Shown here: positions 24,316 through 33,856 of the stretch, piece after piece
How positions within the stretch are numbered: the stretch's first letter is position 1
Layout of the letters: each line of letters begins with the position of its first letter
Origin: Paracoccaceae bacterium
Lineage (GTDB): Bacteria; Pseudomonadota; Alphaproteobacteria; Rhodobacterales; Rhodobacteraceae
Assembly: GCA_009924775.1 (NCBI GenBank)
Contig: RFQY01000001.1
Span: 6,157 to 70,156, forward strand
Reading direction: 5' to 3'
Length of the DNA stretch: 64,000 nt
Program-made: the position numbers and the translations under genes
Notes under the pieces: generated by a model
What the model was told of the DNA's origin: nothing
Databases searched by the model: none
Seen by the model: only the letters and a program-made list of their open reading frames with translations

Positions 24316-24343
24316 TTGACTGCGCTGGCGCACCGGATATAAC
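24316..24343 (+). promoter_or_regulatory. candidate sigma70 promoter of rplM-rpsI
   Basis: TTGACT (24316-24321), 16 nt spacer, TATAAC (24338-24343), 61 nt upstream of the rplM ATG. Confidence 0.5.
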
Positions 24344-24404
24344 CCGCCCATCCAATTCGACGGCGCGTACGCGCTGTCGCGAACCAATCAAGGGTAACCC
24401 CGCT

Positions 24405-24866
24405 ATGAAAACCTTCTCTGCTACCCCGGCAGATATCGAGAAGAAGTGGATCGTGATCGACGCCGAGGGCGTTGTTCTGGGCCGCCTTGCCTCGATCGTT
24501 GCCATGCGCCTGCGTGGCAAGCACAAGCCGTCTTTCACCCCCCACATGGACATGGGTGACAATGTCATCGTCATCAACGCCGACAAGGTGCAGATGACCG
24601 GCAACAAACGCCGCGACAAAAAATACTACTGGCACACTGGCCACCCGGGCGGCATCAAGCACCGCACCGCGCAGCAGTTGCTGGAAGGCGCCTACCCCGA
24701 GCGCGTCGTGACCGCCGCTGTAAAACGCATGCTGCCGGGCAACCGCCTGAGCCGCCAGCAGATGACCAATCTGCGCGTATATGCCGGCGCCGCCCATCCG
24801 CACGAGGCACAACAGCCCGAAGTGCTGGATGTGAAATCCATGAACTCCAAGAACACGCGGAGCTGA
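24405..24866 (+). CDS. rplM: 50S ribosomal protein L13
   Basis: [30 protein letters not shown]..; start re-set from 24312. Confidence 0.97.
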   Translation: MKTFSATPADIEKKWIVIDAEGVVLGRLASIVAMRLRGKHKPSFTPHMDMGDNVIVINADKVQMTGNKRRDKKYYWHTGHPGGIKHRTAQQLLEGAYPERVVTAAVKRMLPGNRLSRQQMTNLRVYAGAAHPHEAQQPEVLDVKSMNSKNTRS

Positions 24867-24869
24867 TAA

Positions 24870-25355
24870 ATGGCCGATCAAATCAACTCGCTCGAAGAGC
24901 TGGGCGCCGCTGCAGGCGTGACCGAAGCGGCCGTAGTGGCAACCCCGCGCGAAGCCGTGCGTGATGCCCTGGGCCGTGCCTATGCCACCGGCAAGCGTAA
25001 AGACGCTGTTGCCCGCGTTTGGATCAAGCCGGGTTCCGGCAAGGTCGTGGTGAACGGCAAAGAAATGAAAGCCTATTTTGCACGCCCCGTGCTGCAGATG
25101 ATCCTGCGCCAGCCTTTCCAGGTGGCAGGGGTTGTCGACCAGTTCGACGTGATGGCCACCGTCAAAGGCGGCGGCCTGTCGGGCCAAGCGGGCGCTGTGA
25201 AACATGGTATTTCGAAAGCGCTGCAGCTTTACGAACCCGCGCTGCGCGGTGCACTGAAAGCCGCAGGCTTCCTGACCCGCGACTCGCGCGTTGTGGAACG
25301 TAAGAAATACGGCAAGGCCAAAGCGCGCCGGTCGTTCCAGTTCTCGAAGCGTTAA
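24870..25355 (+). CDS. rpsI: 30S ribosomal protein S9
   Basis: ..[19 protein letters not shown].. and C-terminal [16 protein letters not shown]. Confidence 0.97.
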   Translation: MADQINSLEELGAAAGVTEAAVVATPREAVRDALGRAYATGKRKDAVARVWIKPGSGKVVVNGKEMKAYFARPVLQMILRQPFQVAGVVDQFDVMATVKGGGLSGQAGAVKHGISKALQLYEPALRGALKAAGFLTRDSRVVERKKYGKAKARRSFQFSKR

Positions 25356-25380
25356 TTTTCTGCCCCTTTTGGGCGAAACC

Positions 25381-25416
25381 AAAAAGGCCCGCAGGTTTCT
25401 GCGGGCCTTTTCTTTT
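25381..25416. terminator. bidirectional terminator between rpsI and the convergent tetR gene
   Basis: AAAAAGGCCCGCAG-GTTT-CTGCGGGCCTTTTCTTTT. Confidence 0.85.
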
Positions 25417-25425
25417 GCGGGATGC

Positions 25426-26043
25426 TTAGCAATCTGGTGCGATCAGACCCAAACCGCGCAGGTAAACGCCAATGGCGCTTTCCAGCAGGTCTTCGGGTGG
25501 AAAGGGGCTGGCGGTGCCGGGCGAGTTGCGCGCAAAAAGCTCTACCACCCCGTGGCTTAGCGCCCAAACATGGGCCGAAAACATGGCCGCAGGGGGGCGG
25601 CGGTTTTCTGGGATGTGGCGCGAAAGATCTTCGGCGGCGCGTTCTAAAACGCCACGCGCGCGCGCAGAGACGGCGGCCAGCTCGGGGGTTTTGTTGACGC
25701 TGATGCCGCTTTCGAACATCGCAATATAATGGCCGGGATAGCGGCGGGCAAAGGCCAAATAGGCCCGGCCAGTGGCCGAAAACGCCGCCAAGGCCGAGGG
25801 CTGGCCCTTGTCATAGGCATATTGCATGACATCGGCAAAAATCTCGTAGCCTTGGCGCGAGGCCTCGGCGATCAGGTCTTCGCGGCCCTCGAAATGGCGG
25901 TAGACCGCTGCAGGCGTGACCCCGGCCAGCTTTGCAGCCTCTGACAAAGTAAAGCCTGTTGGGCCTTTTTCTTCGATCAGTTTCAGCGCGGCATCTACCA
26001 GCGCTTGGCGCAAATTGCCGTGGTGATAGCCTTGTTTACGCAT
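25426..26043 (-). CDS. TetR/AcrR family transcriptional regulator
   Basis: [23 protein letters not shown].., [24 protein letters not shown]. The start overlaps the ppk2 stop by 8 nt (ATGCGTAA). Confidence 0.9.
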   Translation of the reverse strand: MRKQGYHHGNLRQALVDAALKLIEEKGPTGFTLSEAAKLAGVTPAAVYRHFEGREDLIAEASRQGYEIFADVMQYAYDKGQPSALAAFSATGRAYLAFARRYPGHYIAMFESGISVNKTPELAAVSARARGVLERAAEDLSRHIPENRRPPAAMFSAHVWALSHGVVELFARNSPGTASPFPPEDLLESAIGVYLRGLGLIAPDC

Positions 26044-26905
26044 CCCAAATGTCCGGTCCGCCGCAAATGTTTGGATCCAGCGCGCCAATAGCGGCCGGGT
26101 TTTTATGTGTATAGGGCAGGGCGTGCAGAACCGCACGCATTACTTCCAGCCGGGCGCGGCGTTTGTCATCGGCACGCACCACCTGCCATGGGGCCTGCGG
26201 CTGGTGGCTGCGGGCCAAGGTTTCGGAAATTGCCGCGCTGTAGCTGTCCCAGCGGGCCAGCCCATCGACATCGATCTGGCTGAGTTTCCACTGTTTAAGC
26301 GGATCACGTTCGCGCGCCAAAAAGCGCTGCAGCTGTTCGGCGCGGCCGATATTGAGCCAGAATTTGAACAGGTAAATGCCCTCGTCGATCAGCATTTCTT
26401 CGAATTTGGGCACTTGGGCAAAGAAATGCGCCCGTTCGTCGGCGCTGCAAAAGCCAAATACATGTTCCACCACCCCGCGATTATACCAGCTGCGGTCAAA
26501 CAAAACAATTTCGCCCCCGGCGGGCATATGGGCGATGTAGCGTTGGAAATACCATTGGCTGGCCTCGGTTTCGGTGGGTTTTGACAAGGCCACCACCCGG
26601 GCTGCGCGCGGGTTTAGGTTTTCTGACACGCGTTTGATGGTGCCGCCTTTGCCCGCGGCATCGCGCCCCTCGAACAAGCAGGCGATGCGTGCGCCGCTGG
26701 CGCGGGCCCATGATTGCAGCTTCACCAACTCGATTTGAAGCGCGGCATAATCGCGCTCGTAGGTCTTTTTCCCCAGCCTTTTTTTGTAGGGATACCCGGG
26801 CGTTAGGATGGTGTCTTTATCTGCCACCTGAAGCGCTGCGCGCACATCTTCGGGGGCTTGGGTTGCAAGAAACTGGCTGATCGCCCCGTTGAATGGCAAA
26901 GTCAT
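26036..26905 (-). CDS. ppk2: polyphosphate kinase 2
   Basis: Walker A-like [21 protein letters not shown], lid region ..[12 protein letters not shown].. Confidence 0.92.
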   Translation of the reverse strand: MTLPFNGAISQFLATQAPEDVRAALQVADKDTILTPGYPYKKRLGKKTYERDYAALQIELVKLQSWARASGARIACLFEGRDAAGKGGTIKRVSENLNPRAARVVALSKPTETEASQWYFQRYIAHMPAGGEIVLFDRSWYNRGVVEHVFGFCSADERAHFFAQVPKFEEMLIDEGIYLFKFWLNIGRAEQLQRFLARERDPLKQWKLSQIDVDGLARWDSYSAAISETLARSHQPQAPWQVVRADDKRRARLEVMRAVLHALPYTHKNPAAIGALDPNICGGPDIWDA

Positions 26906-26927
26906 GGCAAATTACTCCTGTCACTGG

Positions 26928-27929
26928 TTAACATGGCGCGACACGCCCCGCCCCTTGGGCGCGGGTATGCGCCCGATCGATGGCGTCGATCACGGCCTCG
27001 GGGCAGGCGTGCTGGGGCATATGGCCGACCCCGGGCAATAGTGTCAGCCGGGCGCCCGGCACTTGGCGCGCCAGAACCTGGGCATGAATATGGGCGGGCA
27101 CCACGGTATCGGCCGTGCCATGCACAATTTCCACCGGCATGGGCAGGCGGGCGTAGTGGCGGCTCATCTCTACGATATGCGGGCGCAGGGTGGTCAGTTG
27201 GCGGGCATTGGCGCGGAAACTATCGCGGCGCAATGTCAGCCCTGCGCCAATATGGCGGGCATAGCCCTGTGGCACCGGATCTGGCGTGAAAATGCTGTGC
27301 AGCGTGGCATCAAGGCGGCTATATGGCTTGGCCGCGGTAATCAGCGGGGGCAAAAGCGCGCCCCCCAGATGGGTGCCCAGCAGGGTGTAAAGCGGGCCCA
27401 ACCCCCCTGGCCATGGGTTTGAAACACCCGACAGCACCACCAGCGCCGCCACGGTTTCGGGCTGTGCCAACCCCCATGCCAGCGCCACCGCCCCGCCGTA
27501 AGAGTGGCCCAGCACAATGGGGCGGGTTATGCCCAATGCAGCCGCTGCCGCCGATAGAACCGCGGCCTGTTCTGCCGGGCTTTCGGCGCGGGTGGTCCAT
27601 GGGCTGGCATAGCGCGGCTGCGTGCGCGCCGTCCAGCCAAGGCCGGGCCTGTCCAGCGCCAGCACGCGGTAGCGGGGGCTAAGCGCTGGTATCAGCGAAA
27701 ATGTAAAATCGCGCAGGCTGCCGCTGGCGCCATGCAGCAGCACCAAATCGGGCTTTTGCGCGCCATCATCGCCGGCAAGATAGGCGTGCACATGGCAGCC
27801 GCCCACATCTAGCAGCTGGCCCTCGGGGGGGTAGCGCGCCTCGGCTTCGGCCTCGCGGTAATCGGCGATGCGGTTGATCAGCAGGCCAGCCCCTGCCACG
27901 GCGGCGGTTGTCAATGCCGCACCCAACAT
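26928..27929 (-). CDS. alpha/beta hydrolase with N-terminal membrane anchor
   Basis: HGASGS oxyanion region, nucleophile elbow LGHSYGG, C-terminal GHMPQ. Confidence 0.85.
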   Translation of the reverse strand: MLGAALTTAAVAGAGLLINRIADYREAEAEARYPPEGQLLDVGGCHVHAYLAGDDGAQKPDLVLLHGASGSLRDFTFSLIPALSPRYRVLALDRPGLGWTARTQPRYASPWTTRAESPAEQAAVLSAAAAALGITRPIVLGHSYGGAVALAWGLAQPETVAALVVLSGVSNPWPGGLGPLYTLLGTHLGGALLPPLITAAKPYSRLDATLHSIFTPDPVPQGYARHIGAGLTLRRDSFRANARQLTTLRPHIVEMSRHYARLPMPVEIVHGTADTVVPAHIHAQVLARQVPGARLTLLPGVGHMPQHACPEAVIDAIDRAHTRAQGAGRVAPC

Positions 27930-27931
27930 GG

Positions 27932-28852
27932 TTAGCGCCCGATCTCGGCCATGTCATAGGGGGTGGATTGGTAAATTTCGTTGATCCAATTGCCGTAAAG
28001 CAGGTGCGCATGGCTGCGCCAGCGGTTTTGTGGCTTTTGGCTGGGGTCATCGCCCGGATAGTAATTGGCGGGCACGTTGATGGGCTTGCCTGCGGCCACG
28101 TCGCGGTCGTATTCCTCTTTTAAGGTTCCGCTGTCATATTCGAGATGGTTGAAGATATACAGGGCCCGGTGCGCCGGGTCTTCTACCAAACAGGGGCCGG
28201 TTTCGGTGCTGTCGATCAAAATGGGCAGGCCGGCCGCCTCGATCTCGGCGCGTTGCATTTCGGTCCAGCGCGAGACTGGAATAACCATATCATCCGAAAA
28301 CCCACGCAAATAGGGCGAGGCGGGCGCCAAATTGCGGTGGCGAATGCAGCCAAAGGCCTTGTGCTGCAAAATGTGTTTTTTCACCTTGTGGAAATGCCAG
28401 ATCATGGCCATGCCACCCCAGCAGACCCCAAAGGTGCTTTGCACGTGGGTTTGTGTCCAATCAAATACTTGGGTCAGCTCGTCCCAGTAGGTGACATCTT
28501 CGAATTCTAAATGCTCGATCGGGGCGCCGGTGATGATGAGGCCGTCAAACTTTTCGCCACTGGCTTTTACCTCGTCGAAGGGGCGGTAAAATGCCTCCAT
28601 ATGTTCGGCGGCTGTGTTTTTGGTTTGATGGGCGCTCATGCGAATAAGCGACAATTCGATCTGCAGCGGCGTGGCGCCGATCAGGCGGGCGAATTGGTTT
28701 TCGGTTTGAATTTTCTTTGGCATCAGGTTCAGCAACCCAATGCGCAACGGCCGAATATCCTGCCGGGTGGCGCGATCATCTGCCATGACCATAACGCCTT
28801 CGCGCTGAAGCACGTTATAGGCGGGCAGATCTGCGGGCAGGGTAATGGGCAT
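27932..28852 (-). CDS. metA: homoserine O-acyltransferase MetA (succinyl/acetyl)
   Basis: [26 protein letters not shown].., GLIITGAP; colinear with the MetA family. Confidence 0.93.
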   Translation of the reverse strand: MPITLPADLPAYNVLQREGVMVMADDRATRQDIRPLRIGLLNLMPKKIQTENQFARLIGATPLQIELSLIRMSAHQTKNTAAEHMEAFYRPFDEVKASGEKFDGLIITGAPIEHLEFEDVTYWDELTQVFDWTQTHVQSTFGVCWGGMAMIWHFHKVKKHILQHKAFGCIRHRNLAPASPYLRGFSDDMVIPVSRWTEMQRAEIEAAGLPILIDSTETGPCLVEDPAHRALYIFNHLEYDSGTLKEEYDRDVAAGKPINVPANYYPGDDPSQKPQNRWRSHAHLLYGNWINEIYQSTPYDMAEIGR

Positions 28853-28897
28853 TACTTGAATAATCCTTGGTTTACAGCGGCATAGATAGGGCGGGGT

Positions 28898-29758
28898 TCA
28901 GCCGGTGGCAAGCGTGTCGGCAATAAGGGTTTCAAAATCAGCGGGGGTTTGCACGGCGGCAATATCGTCGGCGGTGACAGTGATACCCCAATTTTCCGCC
29001 ATCGCCTGATAGCGCGGCTGGCGATGTGCCAAGGCTTGGGCATAGGTCCAGCGGATAAAGGCATCGGGGTTCACTTGGTCTTCGGTGATGTTTTGCTGGG
29101 CCAAATAGCTGTGCCACACCTGATCCAAAAATTCTGGCTGATAGGACATGGGTTTTGGCGCGCGGTCAAAGCGGCGGATCAGCTCGGCGGTGTGGGCGTC
29201 GCTGCCCTTGATCCACACCATCAGCGTGGATTGGCTAAGCGCCTGCAACACCGGGTCGTTTGGGTTGTGGGGATCGACCCATTCACAGATCGAGCCGCCG
29301 GTATCGCAGATGAAATGCGGATAGCCATAAAGCCGCGCGGCGCGATCGATAAAATAGGGGGTGTCTAACAGTGCTTGAATTTCGGCTTGGCGAAACTGCG
29401 CTTGGCGGCGGGTATATTCCGCGTAGCTTAGCCCGCCCAGCGCCGGATTGCCGGGCTTGCCCAGATAGGTCGAGACAGGTTCCAAGTTTTGGAAGGTGAT
29501 ATTCGAGCCGATATAGATGCTGTCACTCATCAGCAAATCGCGCAGGAATGGCACTTTCATCGCCTCGGCTTTGGCATTGTCGGCGATATGTTCGCCCATA
29601 TACCGGGTGCCGATGCGGTAATCGATAGAGTAGTGAAACCAATTCCCATTTGCGCGCAACATATTGGAAACATGTGTTTTTCCAAGGCCGGACATGCCAA
29701 AAAACAAAATGTTTTTATGGGTGGCATTGCGCCAGGCCTGTGCGCTTTCGTAAATCAT
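28898..29758 (-). CDS. uncharacterised P-loop NTPase/kinase-like protein
   Basis: Start re-set to MIYESAQAWRN. Walker A FFGMSGLGKTH. No further family motif recognised. Same strand as metA and 45 nt upstream of it. Confidence 0.75.
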   Translation of the reverse strand: MIYESAQAWRNATHKNILFFGMSGLGKTHVSNMLRANGNWFHYSIDYRIGTRYMGEHIADNAKAEAMKVPFLRDLLMSDSIYIGSNITFQNLEPVSTYLGKPGNPALGGLSYAEYTRRQAQFRQAEIQALLDTPYFIDRAARLYGYPHFICDTGGSICEWVDPHNPNDPVLQALSQSTLMVWIKGSDAHTAELIRRFDRAPKPMSYQPEFLDQVWHSYLAQQNITEDQVNPDAFIRWTYAQALAHRQPRYQAMAENWGITVTADDIAAVQTPADFETLIADTLATG

Positions 29759-29849
29759 TTTACCGGGTTCCTGAATTGGCAATGCCAGTGTGGTAGCCGC
29801 CCAAACCGGGCCGGTCAAACGAGATTTCCGCAGCCCTCGCGCGGCCGCC

Positions 29850-30725
29850 CTATTTGCGCCGGGTTTCGGTGAGTAGATTGTAATAATTGCCCGCAAAAAT
29901 CAGCGCCGCGCCCAAGAACACGAAGATATCCAATGGCTCGTTATAAAAGGCCATGCCGATAACCGCGATCAGCGGCAGGCGCGCAAAATCGATGGGCACC
30001 ACCACCGTGGCCGGTGCGATAGACAGCGCCGTGGTAAGGCAAAAATGCGCCAATAGCCCAGCACAGCCGATCAGCAGGAGCCAGGGCAGGGTGGTGGCAT
30101 CGGGCAGGGCAATATCGCCATCCCAGCCCGCGCAAATAATGCCGAATACCGCCTGCATGATGGTGAGGTAAAACAAAATGCAGGTAATGGTTTCGCTGCG
30201 CGTCAGCCGTTTTGTGAACACGATAGATAAGGCAAACCCCACCGCAGACAGCGCGGCGGTGAACACGCCCATATTCAGGCTTTCTGCCCCGGGCCGGGTG
30301 ACCACCAAGATACCCGCAAACCCCAGTAGGGCCGCAATCACGCGCACCCTTGTCAGGCGTTCGGCCAAGATCAGCGGTGACAGCACCAACACCCACAGCG
30401 GCGAGGTGAATTCCAATGCAAAAACCTGTGCCAGCGGAATAACGGTGACGGCGTAAAACCACAGGTTTTGGCCAGTGAAATGCGCCATATTGCGCAGCAG
30501 ATGCACCCCCATGTGGCGCCGGGTCACTTGGCCCAAAGTGCCCGCAAACCCAGCCACCCCCAGCACGATGCAAATGCCAAACAAGCTGCGATACATCATG
30601 ATTTCAAACGTATCCAGCTGCAGGCTGACCGCACGCCCGGCAATGGCCATCGAAGAGAACGAGGCGATCGCCCCGGTCATCCAAAGGGCTGCACGCAATG
30701 TGGCGTTTTGGGTGGGTGTGCTCAT
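29850..30725 (-). CDS. DMT (EamA) family transporter
   Basis: 10 hydrophobic helices. Start chosen at MSTPTQNATL (AAAGGA 8 nt upstream); alternatives are 30734 and 30770. Confidence 0.85.
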   Translation of the reverse strand: MSTPTQNATLRAALWMTGAIASFSSMAIAGRAVSLQLDTFEIMMYRSLFGICIVLGVAGFAGTLGQVTRRHMGVHLLRNMAHFTGQNLWFYAVTVIPLAQVFALEFTSPLWVLVLSPLILAERLTRVRVIAALLGFAGILVVTRPGAESLNMGVFTAALSAVGFALSIVFTKRLTRSETITCILFYLTIMQAVFGIICAGWDGDIALPDATTLPWLLLIGCAGLLAHFCLTTALSIAPATVVVPIDFARLPLIAVIGMAFYNEPLDIFVFLGAALIFAGNYYNLLTETRRK

Positions 30726-30837
30726 CAGTGCCATCCTTTCGGCGGGGGCGTTTTCCCGCCGCCTGCTCACATTCGGGCGCAGCGGGGTGGAAATGCAAGC
30801 GCCAATTTCCCCCCACAGGCCAAGCCGTTACGGCAGA

Positions 30838-31320
30838 TTAGGAAAACGCCAGATCGTCGCGTTTAAAAAGCAACGGATGCGTCAGCGCCGACAGCGCCAA
30901 GATTGGCTGGCCTTGGGCGTCAAAATTTGCTGGATCAAGGTAGCGCTGAAAAGCGGCTTTCAGGGCGGGCCATTCACTGTCGATGGCGGCAAACCATGCG
31001 GTATCGCGGTTGCGCCCTTTGACAATAGACATTTGCCGAAAGACCCCTTCGTAAGACAGGCCCAAACGCTGTGCGGCATAGCGGCTTTTTTGGTTCAGCG
31101 CGTCGCATTTCCATTCATAGCGCCGATAGCCCTGTTCAAAGGCCCATTGCATCATCAGCACCATCGCCTCGGTGCCGGCGCGGCTGCTATTGGCGGCAAA
31201 AAGATCTTCGCAATGATCGGCCACAGACAGCGGGCGCAAGATAACATCTTGGCCCACCAGCGTAATACCCTTGGGGTGCGGGCGCGGGGTGTAATGTGAC
31301 AGATCTTGTGAATTGGGCAT
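30838..31320 (-). CDS. GNAT (RimJ/RimL-like) N-acetyltransferase, apparently internally deleted and possibly non-functional
   Basis: N-terminus MPNSQDLSHYTPRPHPKGITLVGQDVILRPL.. and C-terminus ..YRRYEWKCDALNQKSRYAAQRLGLSYEGVFRQ..GRNRDTAWF.. match the family. The central part expected from recalled homologues (roughly 60 aa) is absent. Confidence 0.7.
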   Translation of the reverse strand: MPNSQDLSHYTPRPHPKGITLVGQDVILRPLSVADHCEDLFAANSSRAGTEAMVLMMQWAFEQGYRRYEWKCDALNQKSRYAAQRLGLSYEGVFRQMSIVKGRNRDTAWFAAIDSEWPALKAAFQRYLDPANFDAQGQPILALSALTHPLLFKRDDLAFS

Positions 31321-31342
31321 GGCAGAATTCTGTGCGTTTGGG

Positions 31343-32020
31343 TTAGATTGCAGTTTCGCTTTTGAGCGTATACCAATCGTCAAAGCGCGAAAATTCAGAA
31401 AAGACGCGGCTGTAGCCGTTTTGCGATAGAAGATCATAAATGCGTTCGCGCATCGGAGTGAAATTATGCTCTACGGTGATGCATTTGAACTGGTACTTAT
31501 TAAAATCAAATGCGTTTAAAATTTCAAACTCGCTTCCTTCGGTATCGATAGACAGATAGTCTATTAACTTTGGCGCGCTATGCTTTTGCAGCAAATCAAG
31601 CAAAGAAATTGTTTGAACATCATATATTGCCCCGTTTTGGCGTGCAGCGCTGTGTTGATCACCTTTTGAAAACACGTCTATGGTCGACAGTTCACCCTCG
31701 TCGGCCTCGTTAAAGTGCAGGGTTTCGCCCGTCGCGCTCCAAACGCAATCTAGTTCGATTGTGGCGGATCTGTTTGCGCATAAATCCGAATGCCATTTCT
31801 TTGCAGGTTCGGCCAAAATACCGCCCCAGCCAAAATGTTTCTCCAAAAGCCATGTATTGCTTAGATGGCAACCGTTGGTCGCGCCAAATTCAACAAAAAA
31901 GCCATCTTTCTTAAAATTGGCAACAGAGAGTGCAAAAAGGTCTTGAAAAATCTGCGAGCGGGAGTTTGGAATGTTTGCAAAATATTCTGCCCGATTTTCT
32001 TTTCCAATTAAATCGGCCAT
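31343..32020 (-). CDS. FkbM family methyltransferase (low-GC, probably horizontally acquired)
   Basis: ..FFVEFGATNG.., ..IDYLSIDTEGSEFEIL.. are FkbM/Methyltransf_21 signatures. The start is uncertain (ATG 32020, GTG 32080, or ATG 32158, which would overlap guaA). Confidence 0.8.
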   Translation of the reverse strand: MADLIGKENRAEYFANIPNSRSQIFQDLFALSVANFKKDGFFVEFGATNGCHLSNTWLLEKHFGWGGILAEPAKKWHSDLCANRSATIELDCVWSATGETLHFNEADEGELSTIDVFSKGDQHSAARQNGAIYDVQTISLLDLLQKHSAPKLIDYLSIDTEGSEFEILNAFDFNKYQFKCITVEHNFTPMRERIYDLLSQNGYSRVFSEFSRFDDWYTLKSETAI

Positions 32021-32114
32021 TTCATATGTTGCATATTGTTTTTGTTTTTGAACCAGTTTTTGGTGCAGGGACTTGCGCACAATTTCTGCATCGAAATGGG
32101 TTAAACCCTCACGC

Positions 32115-33683
32115 CTATTCCCACTCGATCGTGCCGGGGGGTTTTGAGGTGACATCATAGGTTACGCGGTTGATGCCCTTCACCTCGTTGATGATGCGGG
32201 TGGCGGTTTCGCCCAAAAAGTCGTGGCTGAACGGGTAATAATCGGCGGTCATGCCATCTACGCTGGTCACCGCGCGCAGGGCGCAGGCGTAATCATAGGT
32301 GCGGCCATCGCCCATCACGCCCACGGTACGCACGGGCAAAATGGCCACAAAGGCCTGCCAAATGTCATCATACAGCCCGTGTTTGCGGATTTGGTCGATG
32401 TAGACGGCATCAGCCTTGCGCAAAATTTCTAGCTTTTCGCGGGTAATCTCGCCGGGGCAGCGAATGGCCAGGCCGGGCCCGGGGAAGGGGTGGCGGCCAA
32501 TGAAACTGTCGGGCAGGCCCAATTCACGGCCCAATGCGCGCACTTCGTCTTTGAACAATTCGCGCAGCGGCTCAACCAGTTTCAGGCCCATTTTTTCCGG
32601 CAGCCCGCCCACGTTGTGGTGGCTTTTGATGGTGACCGATGGGCCACCCGAAAAGCTGACAGATTCAATGACATCGGGGTATAGCGTGCCCTGCGCCAAA
32701 AACGCGGCATTTTCAATTTGGTTGGCGTATTTTTGGAACACATCGATGAACAGCTTGCCAATGGTTTTGCGTTTCACCTCGGGGTCGGAAACCCCTTCGA
32801 GCGCGCCCAAAAACAGCTCGGACTCATCAGCGGCAATCAGTTTGATGTTATAATTGTCGCGGAACATCCGCACCACTTCTTCGGCCTCGCCTTGGCGCAG
32901 CAACCCATGGTCGACGAAAACGCAGGTCAGCTGTTCGCCAATGGCCTCGTGCAGCAGCATGGCCGTGACCGAACTATCGACACCGCCCGACAGGCCACAA
33001 ATTACATGGGCATCGCCCACCTGCGCGCGAATGGCCTTGATCGCCTCTTCGCGGTAGGCCGCCATCGTCCAATCGCCGCTAAAGCCGGCCATGCGGATGA
33101 AATTTTCCAGCATGGTGCGCCCATTCGGGGTGTGGTGCACCTCGGGGTGGAATTGCACGGCGTAAAAATGGCGGGCGGGATCGGCGACAATGGCAAAGGG
33201 CGCATTGGGCGATGTGGCAATCACTTCGAACCCGGGCGCCAGCGCGGTCACGCGGTCGCCATGGCTCATCCAAACTTGCTCGCGGCCTTCGGTTTCGAAC
33301 AGGCCTGCGAACATACCATCGCTTTTGTGGCCTTCGGCGGGGCTGATATAGGCCCGGCCATATTCGGCGTGATGGCCGGCCTCTACCTGCCCACCCAGCT
33401 GGGTCATCATGACCTGTTGGCCATAGCAGATGCCAAATATCGGCAAGCCCATCTCGAACAGCTCTTGCGGGGCGCGGGGGCTGCCCGCGCGCGTTACGCT
33501 GTCTGGGCCACCCGACAATATCACAGCGCGTGGCGCCATGGCGCGGATGGCATCGGCGCTGACCGATTGATAGGGGTGGATTTCGCAATAGACGTTCAAC
33601 TCGCGCAGACGGCGGGCAATAAGCTGCGTCACCTGCGAGCCAAAGTCGATGATCAAAAGGCGGTCGTGGGCGTGTTGTTCCAT
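32115..33683 (-). CDS. guaA: GMP synthase (glutamine-hydrolysing)
   Basis: GATase domain (ICYGQQ), PP-loop [11 protein letters not shown]-terminal ..KPPGTIEWE. Confidence 0.97.
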   Translation of the reverse strand: MEQHAHDRLLIIDFGSQVTQLIARRLRELNVYCEIHPYQSVSADAIRAMAPRAVILSGGPDSVTRAGSPRAPQELFEMGLPIFGICYGQQVMMTQLGGQVEAGHHAEYGRAYISPAEGHKSDGMFAGLFETEGREQVWMSHGDRVTALAPGFEVIATSPNAPFAIVADPARHFYAVQFHPEVHHTPNGRTMLENFIRMAGFSGDWTMAAYREEAIKAIRAQVGDAHVICGLSGGVDSSVTAMLLHEAIGEQLTCVFVDHGLLRQGEAEEVVRMFRDNYNIKLIAADESELFLGALEGVSDPEVKRKTIGKLFIDVFQKYANQIENAAFLAQGTLYPDVIESVSFSGGPSVTIKSHHNVGGLPEKMGLKLVEPLRELFKDEVRALGRELGLPDSFIGRHPFPGPGLAIRCPGEITREKLEILRKADAVYIDQIRKHGLYDDIWQAFVAILPVRTVGVMGDGRTYDYACALRAVTSVDGMTADYYPFSHDFLGETATRIINEVKGINRVTYDVTSKPPGTIEWE

Positions 33684-33856
33684 GATTTGGCTTTATGACG
33701 CGCGCGCGCCCTGTGCAAGCGGCTTGATGGCTTGGGCCGCGCAACGGATGTCGCTTTCGCACCTGAATGGCCGCAAAACCAACGTGGTGGCTGGGGGCGG
33801 CGCTGTAGAAGATGCGCAAACGACGCGTATTGCATTTTTTCGATGGAGGTAAAGCG

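Noticed and set aside
24279-25382. 367-aa ORF on the minus strand. Similar long ORFs occur at 13227..14012, 16531..17952, 54217..55530, 32718..33698, 56976..57869, 62153..63199 and 44500..45870.
   Set aside because: Each lies antisense to, or out of frame with, a gene that has unmistakable family motifs (rplM/rpsI, ctrA, recG, the binding protein, guaA, glxA, the PLP enzyme, cysS/cimA). Their products are Arg/Gly/Ala/His/Pro-rich and low in complexity. This is the usual stop-codon-poor artefact of about 60% GC coding DNA.
28853-29849. Possible SAM-II (metA-type) riboswitch upstream of metA or of the P-loop gene heading the operon.
   Set aside because: The 45-nt metA leader and the 91-nt spacer upstream of the P-loop gene do not show the pseudoknot with the conserved AAAGC element as I remember it. 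I cannot confirm or exclude this without a covariance-model scan (Rfam RF00521/RF01826).
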